From the NCBI GenBank assembly GCA_046582635.1, contig JAYGEA010000128.1, positions 1 through 59,973 of the forward strand: 59,973 nt of DNA, in the 5' to 3' direction. The notes below the pieces were generated by a model. That model worked only from the letters and a program-made list of their open reading frames with translations, ran no database searches and was not told the origin of the DNA. Source of the DNA: Alphaproteobacteria bacterium (lineage in GTDB: Bacteria > Pseudomonadota > Alphaproteobacteria > GCA-2731375). The position numbers and the translations under genes are program-made. Position 1 is the first letter of the stretch. Each line of letters begins with the position of its first letter. Below, piece after piece: positions 8,119 to 16,161 of this stretch.

Positions 8119-10444
8119 CGCCAGACCGAAGATCATCGGCGCCGCCGTGCAGCGGCGCGAGGATCCACGCCTGTTAACCGGCCAGGGCCGCTTTATCGAC
8201 GACATAAGCCTGCCCCACATGCTGCACATCGCCTTTTGCCGCAGCGATCATGCCCATGCGCGCCTTGTAGAGGTCGATGTTGCCGCCGCCGCCATGCCGG
8301 GGGTGGTTGCCATCTTCACCGGGGCGGATCTGTTGGGCACCTTCAATCCCATCCGCGCCACCTCCCGCATGGCGGATTATCATGCCACCGAGTTGCCCGT
8401 GCTGGCCCATGACAAGGTCCGTTATGTGGGCGAGGCAGTCGCCGCCGTGGTGGCAGAGAGCCGCTATCTGGCGGAAGACGCCGCCGAATGCATCGTTGTC
8501 AGCTATGAACCCTTGGGCGATGCGGTTGATGTTCTGGCCAACGCCGAACCCGGCGGCCCGCTGTTGCACGAGGATGCGGGCACCAATGTCATTGTCTCGC
8601 GAAGCTTTCAGCGCGGCGATGCGGAGGGCGCAATGGCGGCTGCGGCCGTCCGTGTCGGGGCGACCTTCCGCATGCACCGCAAGACCCCGGCGGCTTTGGA
8701 AAACCGGGGCTATGTGGCGGATTATGATCCCGGCCGCCGCACTCTGACCCTGCATTCAACCACCCAGGTGCCCGGCATCGTGCGCGATGCCCTGGAGGAG
8801 ATGCTGGAGATCCCCGGCAATCGATTGCATGTGATGGCGCCCGATATAGGCGGCGGCTTCGGCGGCAAGGCATCGTTGTACCCGGAAGAAGTCCTGGTCT
8901 GCCTTCTGTCCCGCCGCCTGGGCCGACCGGTGAAATGGCTGTCCGACCGGTTGGAGGATTTGCTCACCACGACCCAGGCCTTTGACGAAATAGTCGAGGC
9001 GGAACTGGCCTGTGACGAAGATGGCCATATCCTGGGCTTGCGGGCCGATTGCCTGGGCGATGTGGGCGCCTATTCCGTCTATCCCTGGACGGCGGCCATC
9101 GAACCGGTGCAGGTGGTCTCCTTCCTGCCCGGACCTTATCGGGTAACGAATTACCAGGCCCGGGCCCGCGCGGTGGCGACGTCTAAGGCGCCGACGGGGG
9201 CCTATCGAGGCGTGGGGCGGCCCATATCGGCCTTCGTCATGGAACGCTTGGTGGACATGGCGGCGGCCAAACTGGGTCTGGATCCGTTGGAGATGCGCCG
9301 GCGCAACATGGTCCGGGCGGACGAGTTTCCCTACAAATCAGCCTCCGGCATTGTCTGGGATAAATGCGGCTTCATGGAATGCCTTGAAAGCGTAACTTCT
9401 GATTACGATGACCTGCGCCAACAACAGTCGGCGGCGCGCGCCGAGGGGCGGTGGGTCGGCCTTGGCCTGGCATCCTATGCGGAGCTGACGGGCCTGGGCA
9501 GCCGGATCGCCGTGGCACCTGGAATGCCGGTCAACACGGGCACCGAAACGGCCACCATACGCATCGATTCTACTGGCGCGGTGACGGCGCAATTCGGCAT
9601 CGCCTCCCACGGCCAGGGCCTGGAAACCACTCTGGCCCAGGTCATAGCCGAGGAACTGGGCGTCCGCATCGAAGATGTCGAAGTGATCCACGGCAGCACC
9701 CAAGGCATGGCGCATGGCACCGGTACTTTCGCCTCCCGCAGTTCCGTGCTGGCGGGCGGGGCGGCAATCATCACCGCCCGGGCCGTGCGGGAACAGGTGT
9801 TGAAGGCCGCCGCGCATATGTTCGAAGCGGATGCGGGCGATTTGGACGCGGCGGGGGGCGAAATTTTCGTCACCGGCACGGACCGCTCCATGACCTTCCG
9901 GCAACTGGCCAAGGCGTTGTATTCCGAGATGGGCCGCTTCCCCAAGGAGCTGCGGGAACAGATCGAGTTGCAGGCCACCCGCATGTACGACCCCTATTTC
10001 GGCACCACCTCGCCCGCCAGCCATCTGGCCATGGTGGAGGTTGACCCGGAAACCTATGGCGTGACGATCCTGCATTATGGCGTGGCCGACGATTGCGGCC
10101 GGGTCATCAATCCCCTGATCGTCGACGGCCAGGTTCACGGCGGCGTGGCCCAGGGCATTGGCGCCGCCTTGATGGAGGAAGTGGTCCATGATGACAATGG
10201 ACAAATTCTCACCGCCAGTCTGATGGATTACCTGCTGCCCACGGCGGCGGAAATCCCATCCATATCGGTGCATCATGTGGAGGATTTTATACCCGATAAC
10301 ATGGGCGGCTTTCGCGGCATGGGGGAGGGGGGCACCATCGGCGCGCCCGCCGCCTTGGCCAACGCCATTGCCGACGCGGTGGGCCGGGATATCAATGTGC
10401 TGCCCATGACGCCGGAGCGGCTGTATCGTTTGCTGAACAGATAA
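8108..10444 (+). CDS. Molybdenum hydroxylase large subunit (CoxL form II-like / xanthine dehydrogenase family)
   Basis: RREDPRLLTGQGRFIDD, GGGFGGK, active-site loop AYRGVGR, HGQG, GMGEGG. GTG start at 8108 inferred. Confidence 0.9.
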   Translation: MNVDARPKIIGAAVQRREDPRLLTGQGRFIDDISLPHMLHIAFCRSDHAHARLVEVDVAAAAMPGVVAIFTGADLLGTFNPIRATSRMADYHATELPVLAHDKVRYVGEAVAAVVAESRYLAEDAAECIVVSYEPLGDAVDVLANAEPGGPLLHEDAGTNVIVSRSFQRGDAEGAMAAAAVRVGATFRMHRKTPAALENRGYVADYDPGRRTLTLHSTTQVPGIVRDALEEMLEIPGNRLHVMAPDIGGGFGGKASLYPEEVLVCLLSRRLGRPVKWLSDRLEDLLTTTQAFDEIVEAELACDEDGHILGLRADCLGDVGAYSVYPWTAAIEPVQVVSFLPGPYRVTNYQARARAVATSKAPTGAYRGVGRPISAFVMERLVDMAAAKLGLDPLEMRRRNMVRADEFPYKSASGIVWDKCGFMECLESVTSDYDDLRQQQSAARAEGRWVGLGLASYAELTGLGSRIAVAPGMPVNTGTETATIRIDSTGAVTAQFGIASHGQGLETTLAQVIAEELGVRIEDVEVIHGSTQGMAHGTGTFASRSSVLAGGAAIITARAVREQVLKAAAHMFEADAGDLDAAGGEIFVTGTDRSMTFRQLAKALYSEMGRFPKELREQIELQATRMYDPYFGTTSPASHLAMVEVDPETYGVTILHYGVADDCGRVINPLIVDGQVHGGVAQGIGAALMEEVVHDDNGQILTASLMDYLLPTAAEIPSISVHHVEDFIPDNMGGFRGMGEGGTIGAPAALANAIADAVGRDINVLPMTPERLYRLLNR

Positions 10445-10456
10445 GAGGAATAAGAC

Positions 10457-11215
10457 ATGGATTTTGGCTTGGCGGGCAAGGTTGCCCTGGTCACCGGCGG
10501 GGCCCGTGACGTGGGGCGGCAAATCGTTCTGGCCCTGGCTGGCGAAGGCGCCGCCGTGGCGATCAATTATCGCGGCTCGGAAGCGGCGGCCACTGCATTG
10601 GTGGCCGAGATCGAAGGGCAGGGGGGCACCGCGCGGGCCTATGGCGCCGATGTCACCGATTACGGGGAGGTCTGTGCCATGACCGAACAGGTGGTGGCCG
10701 ACTTTGGCGGGCTGGATGTGTTGATCAACAACGCCGGCTATGTCACGCCGCAGCGGTTCACCCAGACCACGCCCGCCGACTGGCATGCCCAGATCGATGT
10801 CGGCCTGTACGGCGTCATTCATTGTTGCCACGCCGCCGTGCCGCATTTGGCGGCGTCGGGCGATGGGCGGATAATCTCGTTGGCGGGGGACTCCGCCCGG
10901 GTCGGCGAAAAGGGTCTCTCCATCACAGCCGCCTCCCGCGGCGGCGTCCTGGCTCTGACCAAGTCCCTGGCCAAGGAGCTGGGCCCCGACGGCATCAAGG
11001 TCAACGCGGTGGCCCTGGGTCTGGTGGAAACCGGGCACAGCGACAAGGCTTGGCTGGAGACCAACATGGCCAAGATCGTACGCAACTATCCCACGGGCCG
11101 CATCGGCCAGCCGGAAGATGTGGCGCCCATGGTGGCCTTCCTGGCCTCCGCCGGGGCATCTTGGGTGACCGGGCAGATCATTTCAATTAGTGGCGGATAT
11201 TCCATGGTGGGTTAG
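10457..11215 (+). CDS. Short-chain dehydrogenase/reductase (FabG-like)
   Basis: TGGARDVG, NNAG, VNAVALG; the canonical YxxxK appears as TAASR, so catalytic site is atypical. Confidence 0.85.
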   Translation: MDFGLAGKVALVTGGARDVGRQIVLALAGEGAAVAINYRGSEAAATALVAEIEGQGGTARAYGADVTDYGEVCAMTEQVVADFGGLDVLINNAGYVTPQRFTQTTPADWHAQIDVGLYGVIHCCHAAVPHLAASGDGRIISLAGDSARVGEKGLSITAASRGGVLALTKSLAKELGPDGIKVNAVALGLVETGHSDKAWLETNMAKIVRNYPTGRIGQPEDVAPMVAFLASAGASWVTGQIISISGGYSMVG

Positions 11216-11253
11216 AATAGGGTCCTGGAGAAACATAAAACTGGGAGCTTGCT

Positions 11254-11643
11254 ATGACTGAATTTGTGAACCCCAAGGGCAGTTTCAAACCACAGGGCGC
11301 CTATACCCACAGCGTCAAGGTGCCGGCCAATGCGGAATGGCTGGTAATCTCGGGCCAGGTCGGCTTCGATGCCAAGGGCAAAATTGTCGGCACCGTGCGC
11401 CAGCAAACGGAGCAGGCCTTCCGCAATATCCTGATTTGCCTCAAGGAAAACGGCATGACCAAAAAGCATCTGGTCAAGTTCACCGTCTTCCTGACCGACC
11501 CGCGCAGCATCGATGCCTATCGGGCCGCCCGCAAGAAAATGATCGGTGACGGCACCCTGCCGGCCTCCACCCTGCTGATCGTCGATGGTCTGGCGTCCCC
11601 CGACATGCTGGTCGAGATCGAAGCCACGGCGGCGAAGGCTTAG
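11254..11643 (+). CDS. RidA/YjgF/UK114 family protein
   Basis: 129 aa; ISGQVG, QTEQAFRNI, PASTL...LVEIEATA motifs. Confidence 0.85.
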   Translation: MTEFVNPKGSFKPQGAYTHSVKVPANAEWLVISGQVGFDAKGKIVGTVRQQTEQAFRNILICLKENGMTKKHLVKFTVFLTDPRSIDAYRAARKKMIGDGTLPASTLLIVDGLASPDMLVEIEATAAKA

Positions 11644-11665
11644 GTATAAACCAGAGGCCGTTTTA

Positions 11666-12547
11666 ATGACCGATATTGATACCGGGCTGAACGTCTGGCG
11701 GATGACGTCCAATCATAACCGGATGATCGAACTGCAGGCGGACACATCGCCCGCCAGGGACGGCCCGGTGGAGGTGGCGTTCTATGGCTCCTCGGCCTTT
11801 CGCATCACTTCGCCCAAGGGGGTCAGCGTGATGATCGATCCCTGGCGCAACCATCCTTCGCGCACCTGGGATTGGTATTTTCACGATTTCCCGCTCACCG
11901 CCGTGGATATCGGCGTCTCCACCCATGCCCATTTCGACCACGACGCCCTGCACCGCCTGGATGCCCACGTCCTGCTGGACCGCCTGATCGGCATGTACCG
12001 CTTTGGCGACATGACCATCTATGGCCTGGCGGACAAACATGCGGTGGATTCCTCCTGCAACATCTATGACTTCAAGAAAATCCATAAGCATTTCCACGGT
12101 GTCGATGTGGAGCCGCCCGACAACCCGCGCAGTTGGGACCATTGCCTGATGGTGGTGGAGACCGGCGGCCTGCGCATCGTCCATTGGGGCGACAACCGCC
12201 ACAACCCGCCCGACGATATCTGGAAGGCCCTGGGCCACATCGATATTGCCCTGTTGCCCGTGGATGCCTCGCAACACGTCATGGGGCATATCCATGTGCA
12301 GGCCATCATGGATCGACTGAAGCCCCGCGTCGTGGTGCCGCACCATTACTACATCTGGGACGTGGTCCAACGCCAAAGCACCTTGCAAACGGCGGAGGTC
12401 TGGGTTGGAGAGCGGGAGGTGGTGCAGCGTATCGCCGGCCCGAAGAAAATCTACCGCATCGCGGAGCTGGATAAGCTGGATGGCGCCGTGCACTATTTCG
12501 GCGACAACGTGAATTTCGATAAAGCCGCCTGGATGGACGGCAGCTGA
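11666..12547 (+). CDS. MBL-fold metallo-hydrolase
   Basis: THAHFDHD (HxHxDH), HWGD, PHHY metal-binding motifs. Confidence 0.85.
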   Translation: MTDIDTGLNVWRMTSNHNRMIELQADTSPARDGPVEVAFYGSSAFRITSPKGVSVMIDPWRNHPSRTWDWYFHDFPLTAVDIGVSTHAHFDHDALHRLDAHVLLDRLIGMYRFGDMTIYGLADKHAVDSSCNIYDFKKIHKHFHGVDVEPPDNPRSWDHCLMVVETGGLRIVHWGDNRHNPPDDIWKALGHIDIALLPVDASQHVMGHIHVQAIMDRLKPRVVVPHHYYIWDVVQRQSTLQTAEVWVGEREVVQRIAGPKKIYRIAELDKLDGAVHYFGDNVNFDKAAWMDGS

Positions 12548-12556
12548 AATGCGTTT

Positions 12557-12641
12557 ATACGGTGACGTAATACTTATTTTTTCCGCCAGTCGCAGAATAT
12601 CCTTAAAAGCGATCTGTGAAATAGGTATTACGTCACCGTAT
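12557..12641. repeat. Inverted-repeat element copy 1 (REPIN/MITE-like)
   Basis: ATACGGTGACGTAATACTTATTT (12557-12579) and AAATAGGTATTACGTCACCGTAT (12619-12641): 23-bp IR with 1 mismatch; extra partial arm CGTCACCGTATT at 12647-12658. Confidence 0.85.
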
Positions 12642-12665
12642 TAGCCCGTCACCGTATTAACCAAT

Positions 12666-12901
12666 GCCATGGTTTTTCAGGAACCCATGAGCAGCCTTAA
12701 TCCGGTTCACACCGTCGGCCGCCAGATCGCCGAACCCTGCTGCCCGGCGAAGTGCCAAGCCCCTTGAACCCGCCGACCGGCTGCGCCCTGCACCCGCGCA
12801 GCGCCCGGGCCATGGCGGTCTGTCAAACCACCCGGCCGGAACTACGGCTGCAAGCCGACGGCCATTGGGTCGCCTGTCATCTTTTTGATGACGAGGATTA
12901 A
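12666..12901 (+). pseudogene. Deletion remnant of oligopeptide ABC ATPases (DppD/OppD segment fused to DppF/OppF C-terminus)
   Basis: [24 protein letters not shown] joined out of frame to [20 protein letters not shown]...C...HWVACHLFDDED* (oligo_HPY-type tail). Confidence 0.8.
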
Positions 12902-12909
12902 GCCTGCGC

Positions 12910-14004
12910 TCAGGAGGCGATGCCGAAATCGATTAATGAACGGACGGTGCGGCCTTCCTTCATGGCCTTGAAGCCGTCGTTGATTTCACTGAGCTGGAGC
13001 TTGTCGGAAATCCAGTCGTCCAGGTGCAGGCGGCCTTGGAGGTAAAGGTCGATCAGGTGCGGCATGTCCGTGCGGAAGCGGTTGGAGCCCATGGAAGAGC
13101 CCTGAATTTTTCGCTCCCGCAGAAAGGCGAAGCCGTCCAGCTCGATTTTTTGGCCCACGGGCACCATGCCCACGATGGTCGCGGTGCCGCCCACAGCGAG
13201 CATTTCGAAACACTGCTCGGCGGTAATTTTCAGGCCCAGGCATTCGATGGCATGATGCACCCCGCCCTTGGTCATCTCCATGATCTTTTCCACCGGGTCG
13301 CCGTCATTGGGGTTAACCAGGTCGGTGGCGCCCAGTTTGGTGGCCAGCTGCAGCTTGACCGGGTTGGTGTCCACGGCGATGACCCGGGCCGCGCCCGCGA
13401 TATGGGCGCCGTTGATGGCCGCCATGCCGACCCCGCCGCAACCCACCACGGCCACGGTGTCGCCAAAACGTACGCCGGCGGTGTTCACCGCCGCGCCAAA
13501 GCCGGTGATGACGCCGCAGCCGATCAGGGCGGCGCGGTCGAGGGGCATGTCTTTCTGGATTTTCACGATGGCGTTCTCGTGCACCAACATCTGTTCGGCA
13601 AAAGACGACAGATTGGTGAAGGTATGCAGTTGGTCCGGCTTCTCCCATTGCAGGCGCCGGGAGGCGCCGGGGGGCAGCTTAACGTCCGTGTTGGTACAGA
13701 TTACCGGCCGGCCGGAAGTGCATTGTTCGCAGGTGCCGCAGAACACCGAGAGGCAGGTGATGACATGATCGCCCGGGCTGACGTAGGTCACTTCCGATCC
13801 GACCTGCTCCACAATCCCGGCGGATTCATGGCCCAGCACAACGGGCATGGGATGGGGATACAGCCCCTCGATAAAATGCAGATCCGAATGGCACAGGCCC
13901 GCGAAGGCGGTGTTGATCAACACCTCATGGGCGCCCGGCTTTTTTGTGGCGATCTCCTCGATCACCAGCGGTTTATGGGGTTCGTACAATACGGCGGCTT
14001 TCAT
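12910..14004 (-). CDS. Zn-dependent alcohol dehydrogenase (class III-like MDR)
   Basis: CHSD, GHE, structural Zn CxxCxxC(x7)C, GCGGVG. Confidence 0.9.
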   Translation of the reverse strand: MKAAVLYEPHKPLVIEEIATKKPGAHEVLINTAFAGLCHSDLHFIEGLYPHPMPVVLGHESAGIVEQVGSEVTYVSPGDHVITCLSVFCGTCEQCTSGRPVICTNTDVKLPPGASRRLQWEKPDQLHTFTNLSSFAEQMLVHENAIVKIQKDMPLDRAALIGCGVITGFGAAVNTAGVRFGDTVAVVGCGGVGMAAINGAHIAGAARVIAVDTNPVKLQLATKLGATDLVNPNDGDPVEKIMEMTKGGVHHAIECLGLKITAEQCFEMLAVGGTATIVGMVPVGQKIELDGFAFLRERKIQGSSMGSNRFRTDMPHLIDLYLQGRLHLDDWISDKLQLSEINDGFKAMKEGRTVRSLIDFGIAS

Positions 14005-14118
14005 CGGGGCATCCTCCTGTTATTGGTTTTGGCCATTTTTTTGTGTTGCCATTATGCGAGACTAGCGCGGAACATGGCGATGTGCCCAGAGAATGTGACC
14101 TATCGGGTTCCTTGAACT

Positions 14119-14238
14119 CTAATCCGGCGGACCGGCTTGCCGCAAAGCGTCGATGTCGCGTTCGAGGAAATCCTGATCCTTAAAATAAAAATAGCGTTGC
14201 CGCAAACCCCTTGCACTGTAGTCGGGACGGGTCTTCAT
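14119..14238 (-). pseudogene. C-terminal remnant of a TolB-like/TPR (adenylate cyclase-type) protein
   Basis: MKTRPDYSARGLRQRYFYFKDQDFLERDIDALRQAGPPD* resembles the conserved P.FS...L.FKD...E...DGLRKAGLPE* terminus of that family. Confidence 0.55.
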
Positions 14239-14250
14239 TTGTGGCGCGAA

Positions 14251-14433
14251 TATCTCCCGCGCCAAGCGAAGATGCCATGGGCGACGTCCCGCCTAATATC
14301 GACGCAAAAAAAGGCCGGCCCAGATTACCTGGGCCAGCCTTGCAATGTCGTACGTCAAATTTGATTGGAGATAGCGGTAGATCTATTCCTCCTCTATCTC
14401 TTGCCCACCGATGAGCGCCGCCGAGGCGCCCGG
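14251..14433. repeat. ~180-bp direct repeat copy A (gene tail + terminator + next cassette start)
   Basis: Aligns by eye with 15123-15307 (shared blocks TCCCGCGCC, GCGAAGATGCCA, ACGTCCCGC, GCCGGCCCAG, GCCTTGCAATGTCGTA, AGCGGT, CCGATGAGCGCCGCCG, GCGCCCGG). Confidence 0.85.
14306..14341 (-). terminator. Rho-independent terminator
   Basis: Minus strand AAGGCTGGCCCAG-GTAAT-CTGGGCCGGCCTT followed by a T-run, downstream of the 14383 stop. Confidence 0.75.
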
Positions 14434-15150
14434 CAGGGCCGCGGCCCAGAGAATGTTGTTGAACTTAAGCATGCGGTTGACGGCGGGGTTGCTATTCACC
14501 GCCTTGCGGATCGCCGCCGCTATCTTCGGGGCGATGGTCTTGATGTAGTTCGGGTCGGCCAAATAGGCACGGATGGCTTCCGCCAAGAACTCGCGCGAAA
14601 TGTCTCCGCCCTTGTAGCAGGCACCTTGGGGCGTCGCGGGTTTGCCCCATGATGCCGCCCCGGTTCCATAGCGGCCGCGGTTGGCATTGTTGAGGGTGTT
14701 GTAAAGCGCCTTCAACTCTGTTTTCAGGCCCGTGTCGGAAATTTCCCCCGCCAACTGATCCACAACGTGGCCGATCTCATGGCCGTAGACGATGGGAAGT
14801 TGATCGGGGGTCAGCTTTTCCGAGAGGAAGACCCGCGTGGGGCGTTTCGTGGTTCGGTCGAATTCTGTCCGACCCAAGTCACCTCCGGTGGCGGATTGCG
14901 CGATCATCTGAGTGCTTCGGCCCGTTCCTTCCTTTGCGATGGCGTCAAATTCCTCTGGCGGGAGGGTCTCGTCCGCTCCGCCAGCCACTCTTCGGCCCAC
15001 AATTCGACCGCCGACTTTGAGGGGGTTTCCGTCGATGTCGTGGGTGAGGTTTCCTTGCTCATCGGCACGCGCTCCGGAAGGATAATCCTTGTCAAACGGG
15101 CGCGGTTCCGCCGTTGGAGGATTATATCCCGCGCCGCGCGAAGATGCCAC
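14383..15150 (-). CDS. Zincin-like metallopeptidase domain protein (putative toxin/phage polyvalent-type cassette)
   Basis: HEIGH (HExxH) plus downstream EFLAEAIRAY; bracketed by the direct repeats. Start uncertain (GTG 15150 corresponds to an ATG in repeat copy A; ORF track uses 15177). Confidence 0.65.
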   Translation of the reverse strand: MASSRGAGYNPPTAEPRPFDKDYPSGARADEQGNLTHDIDGNPLKVGGRIVGRRVAGGADETLPPEEFDAIAKEGTGRSTQMIAQSATGGDLGRTEFDRTTKRPTRVFLSEKLTPDQLPIVYGHEIGHVVDQLAGEISDTGLKTELKALYNTLNNANRGRYGTGAASWGKPATPQGACYKGGDISREFLAEAIRAYLADPNYIKTIAPKIAAAIRKAVNSNPAVNRMLKFNNILWAAALPGASAALIGGQEIEEE

Positions 15151-15307
15151 GGGCAACGTCCCGCTTTGTATTGACACAAAACAAAGCCGGCCCAGCTTAT
15201 CTGGGCCGGCCTTGCAATGTCGTATTTAAAATATGATCTGGTAGAGCGGTGGATTAATCCTCCTCCGACCTGGTTGCCCCGATGAGCGCCGCCGCCCCCG
15301 CGCCCGG
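15123..15307. repeat. ~180-bp direct repeat copy B
   Basis: See copy A; includes hairpin GCCGGCCCAG/CTGGGCCGGC (15186-15210). Confidence 0.85.
15178..15210 (-). terminator. Rho-independent terminator
   Basis: Perfect 10-bp stem GCCGGCCCAG/CTGGGCCGGC followed on minus strand by TTTGTTTTG. Confidence 0.65.
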
Positions 15308-15782
15308 TATTGGGCATAGCTGCCCGGAATGCCCAGGGACATGATCGCCCCGGCCAATGCCGTCGCGCCGGCGGTGACTTTGGATACGTCCGACTTATTG
15401 ATGCCATCCATCAGTTCCCCGGCGCCCTTCTTGAGGTCGGGAATATCCTGGGTGGGACTGAGCGATGCGACCATGTCCACCAACCCAAATATCCGGTCGC
15501 CCACATTTGGTCCCATTTTGTTCAGGAACTTGCGCGTTTCCCCCTCCGCCGCCATGAGCGGCTGCGTGGCGTTTTCATAGACCCATATTTGCGAGGGATG
15601 CCAGCCTTCGTACGTGGCGTCATTTTTTATAGCCTTGCCACTGGATTTGTTGGTATTGGACTTGCTGTTGCCATTACTTACATAGTCATCTCCAAAAGGG
15701 ACCTGAGGCTTTGTTTTCGTTGCTTCCCCATGAGCGGTAGCGTCGGATGATACACTTTGCCGTCGCCATAGATATCAATCAT
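15254..15782 (-). pseudogene. Frameshifted/deleted hypothetical gene (possible N-terminal carrier of the cassette)
   Basis: AAGGAGA RBS + ATG at 15782 (MIDIYGDGKVYHP), frameshift near 15730 into the frame ending ...AGAIMSLGIPGSYAQY, second shift into PGAGAAALIGATRSEED*, paralogous to the PGASAALIGGQEIEEE* tail of the peptidase ORF. Confidence 0.55.
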
Positions 15783-16088
15783 GGGGTCTCCTTTCGGGAG
15801 CCTGAAGGTTCAGAATATGTGAGGGTGCCAGGCGTGAACATTCACCGGGGTTCAGGCTGCCGAAACAGGCTGCAACGCCGACACAAATTTTCAGTCACGA
15901 TTTCAGGCACAAAAAAGGCGCCGGGCCAGGCCGCTCAGTGAGAGCATGCGGGGCAAACAGCGCCTGTTCATCTGTAATATTCGGATATCAAGCCCGTTTA
16001 TTCCAGTATGGCGATACTACACTATTTAAATTGAAATTGCAAGAAAAATTCTATTTACACGCATCGGGGACTGAACCAAATAGCGCAC

Positions 16089-16161
16089 AAAAAAGTGAGG
16101 CGTCAGGTGCATTGGACGCGGGGTCCTAGCAATGTATCCCGAAGGATACGCCTGACGCCTC
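16089..16161 (-). terminator. Terminal stem plus U-tract closing the candidate ncRNA
   Basis: Perfect 11-bp pairing of 16097-16107 with 16151-16161, followed on minus strand by AC-TTTTTT; large structured loop, so atypical. Confidence 0.5.

Noticed and set aside
8108-10444. Bona fide aerobic CO dehydrogenase (form I coxL)
   Set aside because: Active-site loop is AYRGVGR rather than AYxCSFR, and no coxDEF accessory genes are present.
12557-12641. Inverted-repeat elements as ordinary Rho-independent terminators or CRISPR repeats
   Set aside because: Loops of 35-39 nt, no GC-rich stem plus U-tract, dispersed rather than arrayed, and arm sequence shared among distant copies.
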